This document shows, one piece after another, positions 38,053-47,721 of a DNA stretch of 64,000 nt. The position numbers and the translations under genes are program-made. This DNA is from Candidatus Altiarchaeota archaeon (GTDB lineage: Archaea > Altiarchaeota > Altiarchaeia > IMC4 > QMZM01). The stretch lies in the NCBI GenBank assembly GCA_038891095.1, contig JAWAEV010000001.1, forward strand, positions 164,468 through 228,467, given 5' to 3'. The notes beneath the pieces are model-generated. The model was not told where the DNA came from, did not search any database, and worked only from the letters and a program-made list of their open reading frames with translations. Numbering within the stretch: position 1 is the stretch's first letter; every line of letters begins with the position of its first letter.

Positions 38053-40066
38053 TTTTCCACACTACTTAGTACTTCTCAAACACCTAAAAATATGCAAGTA
38101 TCAACATTATGGTATACCATGTTTCCACACTACTTAGTACTTCTCAAACCAACAGTATCGGCATGGGTGATAGACGAAAGTGTATTTAAGTTTCCACACT
38201 ACTTAGTACTTCTCAAACATGCACCATAAAATTTTACACCCAAGGGCCCATCTTTTGAGTTTCCACACTACTTAGTACTTCTCAAACAGGAGAATAGACA
38301 ATATAGAGGAAGGATTGGAAATAGTAAGTTTCCACACTACTTAGTACTTCTCAAACTCAGAGAAAAATTAAAATCAGTTAAAGGGAAAGAAGAGGGTTTC
38401 CACACTACTTAGTACTTCTCAAACATATGAATTAATAAGTATGACCTGGTGGAATATGATTTCTGTTTCCACACTACTTAGTACTTCTCAAACAGAGAAG
38501 AAGTTTAAAGACATAAAGATAAAGAAATTAAGAGTTTCCACACTACTTAGTACTTCTCAAACACAAATAACGAGAAGGTTAAAGCAAAATGGTTGGTATG
38601 GTTTCCACACTACTTAGTACTTCTCAAACTTCGAGAGAACGGGGATTATAATGCAGTGATAGAAGCGTGTTTCCACACTACTTAGTACTTCTCAAACTGG
38701 AGAGATGGATAAATGAAAAGTTAGAAGAGTGCAGAAGGTTTCCACACTACTTAGTACTTCTCAAACTGGAAAACCATCAGAGAGCTAAAAGATAAGTTAA
38801 GGGAGTTTCCACACTACTTAGTACTTCTCAAACTATGAAATATCAGATTTTAAAGAGACTGATGATGCGCTTCCAGTTTCCACACTACTTAGTACTTCTC
38901 AAACATGAATAAAGAATTTGGTAAGATTTATAATCTGACTGAAAAAGCGTTTCCACACTACTTAGTACTTCTCAAACTCTCCCCCATCGACGGTTTCTTT
39001 TCATTTTCTTCTTTATGTTTCCACACTACTTAGTACTTCTCAAACCTGCGTTGGCAATATGGAAAGCAGATCCAAGAAATTCAAGTTTCCACACTACTTA
39101 GTACTTCTCAAACTCTAAATGTGAGGTGAAATAAAATGGAATTTATATTATTAGTTTCCACACTACTTAGTACTTCTCAAACTAATAAAATAACAGACAC
39201 TGGAAGTTATCGCATTGGTATAGTTTCCACACTACTTAGTACTTCTCAAACCTATAGCGCAACGATCGAAGCCTACCGAAAGGTAGGCGGTTTCCACACT
39301 ACTTAGTACTTCTCAAACAACAATCTCTGGAGTTTTAAATAGGTCGGGTATCCCTGCGTTTCCACACTACTTAGTACTTCTCAAACTGGAAACGTGGATC
39401 AATAAAACGATAGAAAGAGCAAGAGTTTCCACACTACTTAGTACTTCTCAAACTCTCTTCCTCAGGAATTGCTAAACTCCAGAGCAATCTCTGGTTTCCA
39501 CACTACTTAGTACTTCTCAAACGAAATTAATTGAAAGTAAAAAGGAGGAGGTTATATTGATGTTTCCACACTACTTAGTACTTCTCAAACTAAAAGAGGC
39601 ACTGGATAAGAGAGCACGAGTGTTTCTGCTCGTTTCCACACTACTTAGTACTTCTCAAACGCAAGTAAGAGAACAAACGACATTCAAGAGTTAGAAAAAG
39701 TTTCCACACTACTTAGTACTTCTCAAACGAGAAGAGAGAAGCATTGAACACGAACGACGTGTTCAAGTTTCCACACTACTTAGTACTTCTCAAACGAGCA
39801 AGAAGCAATAAATACTGCTGACATTTATAATGGAGTTTCCACACTACTTAGTACTTCTCAAACACAAGGAACCCGAAAGTTTCTTGCAAGACGCTTTAAA
39901 AGCGTTTCCACACTACTTAGTACTTCTCAAACAAAAATGAAAAAAATGAAAGTATTGACTCTATTGTCGAGTTTCCACACTACTTAGTACTTCTCAAACA
40001 ATTTAAATAACATTAACAAATTTAGAAGTATAATTGAGTTTCCACACTACTTAGTACTTCTCAAAC
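38053..40066 (-). CRISPR. CRISPR array: 30 repeats of 29 bp (transcribed strand GTTTGAGAAGTACTAAGTAGTGTGGAAAC), 29 spacers of 38-44 bp
   Basis: Exact repeats counted by hand. The repeat at 38053 is degenerate (trailer end), the AT-rich leader lies next to cas2, and the 3' GAAAC falls on the minus strand. Confidence 0.99.
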
Positions 40067-40193
40067 CAAGAGGGATAATACTTTATATATACTTATTTTT
40101 TTGTTTTTAAAAGGATAAAACTCAGTCGATCTAAAAATTAAGCTTTATTTAAAAAGGTCGACAAGATAGTCTCGCTGTCTTACGGGTTTAATT
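40067..40193 (-). promoter_or_regulatory. CRISPR leader with BRE/TATA-like element (minus-strand AAAATAAGTATATATAAAG) and inverted repeat GTCGATCT-N22-AGGTCGAC (40125-40162)
   Basis: Non-coding AT-rich stretch between the first repeat and cas2. Confidence 0.8.
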
Positions 40194-40451
40194 TCACAGT
40201 ATTCTACTCATCTGCTTTGATACACCAATTTCTGTCCTTCTCAAGAATTTATCACTCTTTAGTGTATAGATTATGACTCTATCTTCTTCAGCCAGATTTT
40301 CTTCAAACCATTCAACTATTTCTTTAAATTGAAGTTTTGTTAATTTTCCTTCAAAGACAGAATTTTGTCTCCAATAGAGATATTGGTAAAGAAATTTATT
40401 TACTTTCACAACCCTTTCAACAGAAATGTCATAAACAATTATTGCGTACAT
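40194..40451 (-). CDS. cas2: CRISPR-associated Cas2
   Basis: YAIIVYDI and QNSVFEG motifs. Confidence 0.97.
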   Translation of the reverse strand: MYAIIVYDISVERVVKVNKFLYQYLYWRQNSVFEGKLTKLQFKEIVEWFEENLAEEDRVIIYTLKSDKFLRRTEIGVSKQMSRIL

Positions 40452-40457
40452 TTATTA

Positions 40458-41432
40458 TTACCACCACATCTTAAAACTTTTGTATTCCTTATTCCCAAGA
40501 ATATGATCAATCAACTTTTGACATTCTATCCTTATGATCTCAGTATAATTAACTTTCCTTCCAAGTCCTGGGTAGAAAATTGTTGTAGATAATTTTTTAT
40601 CAAAAGCTTCAATGAATATCTTTTTTCCTTTATTGTTGAGAAGGACTCCGCCTTCAACTTTTTCAAAGCAATCTTTATCAATTTCTTTTTTATTCACCAA
40701 AGAGAATATTGTTCTAGAAACAAACAATGGTTTAAAAATTTCTGCTATATCCAAAGCCAAAGAAAATCTTCTCTCTGAAGGCTCATGCAGAAAAGAAATC
40801 GCAGGATTTAAGTATGTACGATAAATTTCACCTAAACATTTTGTATAAAGTAAGGCATTCCCAAAGCTTATTAATGAATTGACTTCGTTGCTTGGCGGCC
40901 TTTTTTCTCGTTTTATAAGTTTAAATCCTCTCAGAATTTTGTCAAATGAGTTATAGTAGTTACTCCAAATTCTACCCTCTATTGACATCAGTTCAGGAAT
41001 GTTAGAGCATTTCTCTATATCTAAAGCTTCTATAACTTCAGTGTTTATATCTCTTCCTCTGTTTTTATAATACTCTAAATTTTTCAGGATATTATGTTTT
41101 ATTCCTCTCACTATTTCCTTCGCTATTTTTATTCTCTTTTCATTGTCAAGGTAATGTTCTGCTTGCTTTACAATAACATTCCCAGATATTAAAAATTCTC
41201 TTGGATATAAAGTTCCTTGATACCAGCCATACATGCTATAGAAATGTATGGGTATTTGTTTTTTCATTAAGTAACTTAAGCAGCCACTTTTTATTGTAAC
41301 TCTTGTGCAACATATTACTTCTGAAATGGAATTTATTGGCACTGCTTTTTTTCCTTCAAAATTTTGGAAGAATAAAGTACTTTTATTTCTGTATAAAATA
41401 CCTTCATTTAGCAAATATACTGTTTCTTTCAT
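40458..41432 (-). CDS. cas1: CRISPR-associated Cas1 (subtype I-B-like sequence)
   Basis: LMSIEG, RPP..VN.LISFGN, FLHEP..RRFSLALDIAEIFKP and terminal FKMWW motifs. Confidence 0.97.
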   Translation of the reverse strand: MKETVYLLNEGILYRNKSTLFFQNFEGKKAVPINSISEVICCTRVTIKSGCLSYLMKKQIPIHFYSMYGWYQGTLYPREFLISGNVIVKQAEHYLDNEKRIKIAKEIVRGIKHNILKNLEYYKNRGRDINTEVIEALDIEKCSNIPELMSIEGRIWSNYYNSFDKILRGFKLIKREKRPPSNEVNSLISFGNALLYTKCLGEIYRTYLNPAISFLHEPSERRFSLALDIAEIFKPLFVSRTIFSLVNKKEIDKDCFEKVEGGVLLNNKGKKIFIEAFDKKLSTTIFYPGLGRKVNYTEIIRIECQKLIDHILGNKEYKSFKMWW

Positions 41433-41537
41433 TGCTAACAATTATAAAAATTTCAAATATTTATATAATTGCCATAACTGTTAGCCTATATGACTAATAT
41501 TTAAAGGGTCTCTTTTTAAGCACTCATAAGTAATAAT

Positions 41538-41557
41538 TACCATAAATATTTTTGGTA
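41538..41557. promoter_or_regulatory. 20-bp near-perfect palindrome TACCATAAATATTTTTGGTA just before the CARF-HTH start codon (candidate operator)
   Basis: 9 of 10 symmetric pairs; ends 3 bp before ATG 41561. Confidence 0.6.
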
Positions 41558-41560
41558 GAT

Positions 41561-42199
41561 ATGACAATAATGTTCGTTCCTGTTGGCGAACAAATAAAAC
41601 CAATATACGAAGGCTTCAAATATGTTAAGAATGTTGACAAAGTTTATTTATTAGCTTCTAAAAAAACCATAGGATATGCCAGTGAAGTGAGCGAAAAGAT
41701 AGGTGAGATTTACAACACAGAAATTCTTGATGTTACTCCAGAAGAACTTGACAATGTTATCTGCAAACTAATAGAAGTTGCAGAAAAACATAAAAAAGAT
41801 AAAGTGGTTTCTAATGTAACAGGAGGGACAAAAATAATGTCTCTCTCATGTTATATTTTATGCTCATATCTTGGCGGTGATGCATTTTATATCTTCAAGA
41901 CTGATGAGGGTAAAATGAGATACATAGAAATGCCTGTTCTAAAGATAAAATTAAATTCAATTATAGAGGAAAAATCAACTCGAAGTAGAATATTGGAAAA
42001 GCTAATGGAGAGAGAGTATAGCTCTTTAACTTCATTAGCAAAAGAATTAAGAATAAAAAATTCGACTTTAAGTGCTTTGCTTGATGATCTAAGTGAGCAA
42101 GGTCTCATAAAACTAAAAAGAGAAGGGAGGAAATTAAAAATTGAAATTTCAAAAACAGGAAAGATAATTTACAAAATCAGAAAGTTCAAAAATGAATGA
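41561..42199 (+). CDS. CARF + winged-HTH transcriptional regulator (Csa3/CasR-like)
   Basis: Rossmann-like N-terminus with NVTGGTKIMS CARF motif; C-terminal wHTH LTSLAKEL...TLS..L..L.EQGLI. Confidence 0.88.
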   Translation: MTIMFVPVGEQIKPIYEGFKYVKNVDKVYLLASKKTIGYASEVSEKIGEIYNTEILDVTPEELDNVICKLIEVAEKHKKDKVVSNVTGGTKIMSLSCYILCSYLGGDAFYIFKTDEGKMRYIEMPVLKIKLNSIIEEKSTRSRILEKLMEREYSSLTSLAKELRIKNSTLSALLDDLSEQGLIKLKREGRKLKIEISKTGKIIYKIRKFKNE

Positions 42200-44597
42200 T
42201 GAAGAGAGAATTTTAATTTTAGGAGCATTGTTGCATGATATCGGGAAATTTCTCGAAAGAGCAGGATTTACAGAAAAAATAGAGGACAATAATGTTAGTT
42301 ATAAGCATCCAATGATTGGAGCATATTTTCTAGATTATCTAAACTTAGGTGAAGATATTGTCAATTTAGTTCTATTCCATCATAACCCAGAGCATGCCCC
42401 AAAGAATATAAAAAATTTGAGTTATATCCTTCAATTATCTGATTGGTTAAGTAGTGGTGAGAGAAAAAAATCTGAGGAGGAGATAGATGAAGGTAGGAGA
42501 TTTCAATGTATGATTTCTGTATTTAATAGAGTAAAAATAGAAAAAAATAACTCTGATCTAAGATATGAGGAGTGCCATAAGTATAATACAGTACCATTAA
42601 AGTTTAATAATTTAATATTCCCAAAAAAAGAACCAGACATCATAGATTATAAATATCTTTTTGAAGGAATTAAAAACAAGAACAATCAGAATTATAAATT
42701 ATTTTTATCAAATTTCAGAAAGGACATAACAGAAAAAAATATAGAAGACCCTGTAGTCCTTTTATCGTTATTACAAAAATATTGGTGGTGTGTGCCAGCA
42801 CAGACATATTCAAAAGAGCTTGAAGGGGGTAAATATCTCCCAGATATCTCTCTATTTGATCATTCTAAAACAACGTGCTCAATTGCGTTATGTTTATATA
42901 AGCTAAATAAAACAGGGGTCATAAATGGGGATATATTAAAGGAATTACTGGAAAATCCTCCATGGAAAGAGAATAGAAATCCAGAAGTATGGGAGAGGAA
43001 ACTATTTAAGTTGATTTATGGGGATATATCTGGCATTCAGGATTTTATTTATACTATAAGAACATCTGGGGCCGCTAAATCACTTAAAGGTAGATCATTA
43101 GCATTGGTTCTATTACAAAGATTTATAGCTGAGCATATTTTGATGAAGCTTAATCTACAGCTAACAAATCTTATCTTCTCTGGTGGAGGACATTTCTATA
43201 TACTTGCACCACTTGACCTCTGCGGAGAGAATATAGAAGATATAAAAAGAGAGATTAATAAAAAATTGTTTGAAAAATTTGGGACAAAGTTATATCTAAC
43301 GCTTGGTTATGTCGAGTTATGCCCAGAGGATTTTATAGGCAAGAATTTTTCTAATAAATGGAAAGAGGTTGCGGAGGAGAATAATAAACAGAAAATAAGG
43401 AAATATAAAGAACTAGGTTATGAGGAGATATTCAAAGAATTTGATATCGGCGGAAAAAGCAAAATTTGTGGTATCTGCGGCAGTAATAGAGAGGTGAATT
43501 ATAAGGATGATGAGATAGACGTATGTTCAAATTGTCATTCATTTAGAAATGTTGTCAGCTATCTAAAAGAGGTTCAAAATGAAGGAAGATTCAATATTTC
43601 AAAGATAAAAAAGGAGTTACCTATAATTTCAGATTTTGATATACTTCTAAATGATAATGTTTATTTAACACCGGATAATTTACCTTTTTTTTCTATTCCT
43701 ATTGGAATTCCTCATGGGAGAGATGGTAAAATAAAAGAATTTAACGAACTTGCAGAAGATGCAGAGAATGACACTGGAACAAGAAAGATAGCGATACTTA
43801 AGATGGACGTCGATAATCTTGGAAAAATTTTTACTCAAGGATTAGGTGAGGATGCTACTATTTCAAGGATGAGCACTCTTAGTAACATGTTATCCTTATT
43901 CTTTGAGGGTTATCTTAACGAATTTATAAGAAGTAGATATTCTGACGATGTCTATCTTATATATTCAGGAGGTGATGATACTCTAATTGTTTGTAGATGG
44001 GACAAGATGATTTATCTTGCATATGATATATACAAGGAGTTTAGAGCGTATACATGCAATAATCCAGATATAACTATCAGTGCAGGAATTGTGATTGTTG
44101 ATCCTAAATACCCACTAAGAAAATCAGTTGATGTGGCCCATCATCTTTTAGATGAAATTGCTAAAGAAGGTGATAAAAATGCTGTTGGTATCTTTGGGCA
44201 TAGAGTAAAATGGCGTATAGAAAATGATGGGGGTTCTAATGAGTTTGAGAAAGTTATAGAAATTGAAAGAATCCTTGTTAAATCAATTAAATCTTCCGCA
44301 TCAAAGCAATTGATCCAAAGAGTTAAGTCCTCTATAATTGATCTTGAAAAAGGACTGAATGGTATGGAAGTAGATTTGAAATATTATTGGAGGTTGAAGT
44401 ACTATCTTCATAGGAATTATTATAACGAGAAAGAAAATTGTTGGAAAATCAAAGAGATTGAGGATTTAAAGAAAAAAATATACAATGATATTCTCGACAG
44501 AAATGTATTCAATAAAGATGTTGAGTGTAATCCTTGGTTAATACCAATTGCAGCAAGGATTGCTGAATTAAAAACAAGAAAGGAGGTGAGAAAATGA
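42192..44597 (+). CDS. cas10: Cas10/Csm1 with intact HD nuclease and GGDD cyclase motifs
   Basis: ALLHDIGK, GDISGIQDFIY, Zn finger, KMDVDNLG and YSGGDD motifs. Confidence 0.97.
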   Translation: MNDEERILILGALLHDIGKFLERAGFTEKIEDNNVSYKHPMIGAYFLDYLNLGEDIVNLVLFHHNPEHAPKNIKNLSYILQLSDWLSSGERKKSEEEIDEGRRFQCMISVFNRVKIEKNNSDLRYEECHKYNTVPLKFNNLIFPKKEPDIIDYKYLFEGIKNKNNQNYKLFLSNFRKDITEKNIEDPVVLLSLLQKYWWCVPAQTYSKELEGGKYLPDISLFDHSKTTCSIALCLYKLNKTGVINGDILKELLENPPWKENRNPEVWERKLFKLIYGDISGIQDFIYTIRTSGAAKSLKGRSLALVLLQRFIAEHILMKLNLQLTNLIFSGGGHFYILAPLDLCGENIEDIKREINKKLFEKFGTKLYLTLGYVELCPEDFIGKNFSNKWKEVAEENNKQKIRKYKELGYEEIFKEFDIGGKSKICGICGSNREVNYKDDEIDVCSNCHSFRNVVSYLKEVQNEGRFNISKIKKELPIISDFDILLNDNVYLTPDNLPFFSIPIGIPHGRDGKIKEFNELAEDAENDTGTRKIAILKMDVDNLGKIFTQGLGEDATISRMSTLSNMLSLFFEGYLNEFIRSRYSDDVYLIYSGGDDTLIVCRWDKMIYLAYDIYKEFRAYTCNNPDITISAGIVIVDPKYPLRKSVDVAHHLLDEIAKEGDKNAVGIFGHRVKWRIENDGGSNEFEKVIEIERILVKSIKSSASKQLIQRVKSSIIDLEKGLNGMEVDLKYYWRLKYYLHRNYYNEKENCWKIKEIEDLKKKIYNDILDRNVFNKDVECNPWLIPIAARIAELKTRKEVRK

Positions 44598-45010
44598 ATG
44601 GAGGAAAGTATGAGAAAAAGGATTTTAATGAAGAAGTACGTTCTTTACTTAATGATGAAGAGATAGATAAAATTTTAAACTTAAAAGACGAAAATGTCGA
44701 ATTGTTTGTAAAAAAGGCAGAAGAATGTGCAAAAGAATTTAAGTTCTCTGCATCTAAACTAAGAAGTTTCTATGATCCTATAAAAGGAATGAAAGAATAC
44801 CAGAAAATAAAACTTTATTTATTGAAACCAAAGATTGCTTATGCTGTTGGAAAAGAAGAGAGGGAGAAGAGATTAGAATTAAAAAAATTCCAAAAAACAA
44901 TGGAAAAACTAATCGAAAAGACTAATGAAAATAATTTCGAGAACTTTAAAAGTTTCTTTGAGGCAATTGTTGCTTATCATAAAATATATGGAGGTAAAAA
45001 ATGGAACTAA
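44594..45010 (+). CDS. csm2: Type III-A small subunit Csm2
   Basis: S.LR.FY, LKPKIAYAVG and FFEAIVAYHK motifs. Confidence 0.95.
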   Translation: MNGGKYEKKDFNEEVRSLLNDEEIDKILNLKDENVELFVKKAEECAKEFKFSASKLRSFYDPIKGMKEYQKIKLYLLKPKIAYAVGKEEREKRLELKKFQKTMEKLIEKTNENNFENFKSFFEAIVAYHKIYGGKKWN

Positions 45011-45699
45011 TGGGAAAATTTTTCATACATGGGGATATCAAAACAATTACTGGATTACATATCGGTGGACAAAAAGAAACATTGGATATCGGAGGGGTAG
45101 ATAATCCAATAATTAGAGATGGAAAAGGTAGAATCTATATTCCTGGGAGTTCCCTAAAGGGAAAAATAAGATGCTTATTGGAGAGAAAATATAGTACAAA
45201 AAAAACAAAAAAAGAAGGTGATCCATGTGGATGTGGAGAATGCCCGATATGTAAAATATTTGGTCCGCACTCAGATGATGTCAAAGAGCCGTCAAGAATA
45301 ATTATTAGAGATAGCTATTTGCTAGATGATGCAAAAACAACAGAAATAAAGTCTGAAAATATTATAGATAGAATCTCAGGTAAGGCACTACATCCAAGAG
45401 ATACTGAGAGAGTTCCAACTGATTCTAGGTTCAAGTTTGAGGTCATATTTAATATCTATGATGAAAATGCAGATATAGAGTTGATAAAGAAGTTCATTGA
45501 AGGGATGGAATTACTTGAGGATGATTATCTTGGCGGTTCTGGTTCAAGAGGATATGGAAAAATTAAATTCGAGGACATATCACTATCTTACAAAAAAAAG
45601 GAGTACTACGAAGGAGATGAAACTAAAAAAATGAATATTCCAGATATAAAAGGAATAAAAGAACTTAGAGAGAAATTAAATGAACTTAAATTCTCTTGA
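45001..45699 (+). CDS. csm3: Type III-A Csm3 (Cas7 family)
   Basis: TGLHIGG, IGGVDNP (catalytic Asp), IPGSSLKGK.R and YLGGSGSRGYG motifs. Confidence 0.97.
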   Translation: MELMGKFFIHGDIKTITGLHIGGQKETLDIGGVDNPIIRDGKGRIYIPGSSLKGKIRCLLERKYSTKKTKKEGDPCGCGECPICKIFGPHSDDVKEPSRIIIRDSYLLDDAKTTEIKSENIIDRISGKALHPRDTERVPTDSRFKFEVIFNIYDENADIELIKKFIEGMELLEDDYLGGSGSRGYGKIKFEDISLSYKKKEYYEGDETKKMNIPDIKGIKELREKLNELKFS

Positions 45700-45701
45700 A
45701 A

Positions 45702-46685
45702 ATGAAGATAGTAAAATTATTCCCTGCAGAAGATGGTAAATATCATTTTGGAGACCATATGTTAGAATCTACGTCACTAATATTCCACTCAGACTCTCTA
45801 TTTAGTGCAATTATAAATAACTACAGAAAATTATACCCCATTAATGTAAAAGAGGACGTAGAACATCTAAAGAACATAAAGATATCCTCGGTATTCCCAG
45901 CATATGATGATGTGTTATTTATTCCAAGACCGATAACAAAATTAAATTTTGGTAAAAAGATGGAAAACTATATTGAAAAGAAATCTAAAGATATTAAAAA
46001 TATAGAGTTTATATCTCTAAAAGCACTTAGAGACCATAATAATGGAACTTTGGATTTTAATATTGAAACTGTAATTGATAAAAAATTTCTTATTTCAAAA
46101 GATGAAGATAAAAGGGAGAATATTTTTTTTGAGATAACTGAAGAAAAGGTAGGAATAAATCGTACAAATAATAAAGCATCTGAAGGAAATTTATTTGTTA
46201 TTTCGTATGTAAAACCACAGGATAATACTTACTTCTATTTTTTCTTAGATGAAAAAGTAGAAAATGACATTAAAAAGAAACTTTATGCTTCAATTCGATT
46301 AATTGCTGACGAGGGACTTGGTGGTGAGAGAACTAGTGGTGCCGGTTTATTTGACGAAATTAAAATTGAGGATTATAATGGATTTGAAAATTATTATATT
46401 GATTCTAATTATAATATGTCACTTTCGCTAGTGTTTCCAAAAGATAAAACAGAATTTGAATGTGCTGAGACATATCAATTAGTTGAGAGGAAAGGATTTA
46501 TTTATTTTGCAAAAGGAAGTGGCTCAAGAAAAAAAGGTATATTAATGATTAAGGAAGGTAGCATCTTTAAAGAAAATATTGAAGGTAAGGTTATAGATGT
46601 GTCCCCAAATGATGAATGTACTATTTGTAAATTTGGTCGATTTTTTGGTATACCGATAAAATATATTGAAAATGATCCAAAATAG
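45702..46685 (+). CDS. csm4: Type III-A Csm4 (Cas5 family)
   Basis: HFG, HSDSLFSA, ISS.FP, GLGGERTSG.G.F and EGS.F motifs. Confidence 0.95.
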   Translation: MKIVKLFPAEDGKYHFGDHMLESTSLIFHSDSLFSAIINNYRKLYPINVKEDVEHLKNIKISSVFPAYDDVLFIPRPITKLNFGKKMENYIEKKSKDIKNIEFISLKALRDHNNGTLDFNIETVIDKKFLISKDEDKRENIFFEITEEKVGINRTNNKASEGNLFVISYVKPQDNTYFYFFLDEKVENDIKKKLYASIRLIADEGLGGERTSGAGLFDEIKIEDYNGFENYYIDSNYNMSLSLVFPKDKTEFECAETYQLVERKGFIYFAKGSGSRKKGILMIKEGSIFKENIEGKVIDVSPNDECTICKFGRFFGIPIKYIENDPK

Positions 46686-47721
46686 TTTGGAATTAATATG
46701 TGAAACTCCGGTACACATTGGGAATGGTAAAAAATATACATTTTTAGACTACTTCTTGGATGGTGGATTTATACATATAATTGACACTGAGAAGATATTT
46801 GATGACATAAATAAAATTGAAGTTATAGATGGGTTATGTAGAGATATAGAAAATAAAATCATAAATGGTCAAGCACAAATAGACATCAGAGAGTTCTTTG
46901 GCCAATATGGAATAGATCCATGGAGATACGTAATCAAAAAGATAAGAACAAATGTGAAACCATCAAGAAGAGTTCAGATATCTCAATTTATAAATCAGAA
47001 TGGAAATTGTTATATCCCTGGAAGTTCTATTAAAGGTGCAATAAGAACCGCATATCTATTCGATTACTATGACAAAGACATTGATAAATTAGTCAAAATT
47101 TTAGAGGATCAAAGAATACGAAATAAATACAAAAAACTTAATGAAGAAGCAATAGGTGGTATAGAGGAGGATATTTTTAGACATATCCAAGTAACGGACT
47201 CTAGTTATATTAATAAAAATAATTTTATCGTTATAGAAGCAAAAAGGTATAATAACATAAAGAAGCAATGGGGAAATCCTGTATATTTAGAAGTAATAGA
47301 CAAAGAAACACGTATTGAATTCAATGTAAAGATCGATGAAAGGTTTAAGAAATCAATTAATGATATTATGTCTTGGTGTAATAATTTATCTAAAATTATT
47401 GCGGAATACGAGATGAATAATAGATATAATAGCAATGACTTGAAAAAATATTATAAGTCTTTATATGATAACATTAAAGAAGACGGTGAGCATTTCTACT
47501 TGAATCTCGGATTTGGCGGTGGGCATATAACAAAAACAGTATATCTTCTATTATGGAAATACAAGAAAGATTTGAAATTAATAAGAGGTTTACTTAAAAT
47601 TGAAAAACTAATAAAGAAAAGTATGAGGGTAAACAATTTCTATGAATTTCCAAGAACGAGAGTTATCTTCAATAATCTCCCAATAGGTTGGGTAAAAATA
47701 AGTAAATTAAAGAATGTTTGA
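46672..47721 (+). CDS. csm5: Type III-A Csm5
   Basis: TPVHIG.G, YIPGSSIKGAIRTA, LGFGGG..KT and P.TR...PIGWVK motifs. Confidence 0.95.
   Translation: MIQNSLELICETPVHIGNGKKYTFLDYFLDGGFIHIIDTEKIFDDINKIEVIDGLCRDIENKIINGQAQIDIREFFGQYGIDPWRYVIKKIRTNVKPSRRVQISQFINQNGNCYIPGSSIKGAIRTAYLFDYYDKDIDKLVKILEDQRIRNKYKKLNEEAIGGIEEDIFRHIQVTDSSYINKNNFIVIEAKRYNNIKKQWGNPVYLEVIDKETRIEFNVKIDERFKKSINDIMSWCNNLSKIIAEYEMNNRYNSNDLKKYYKSLYDNIKEDGEHFYLNLGFGGGHITKTVYLLLWKYKKDLKLIRGLLKIEKLIKKSMRVNNFYEFPRTRVIFNNLPIGWVKISKLKNV

Noticed and set aside
38044-38229. 61-aa ORF in the ORF track
   Set aside because: It is translated CRISPR repeats and spacers.
38082-40037. Self-targeting spacers
   Set aside because: No match to the rest of the window was noticed by eye; an alignment is needed to exclude it.
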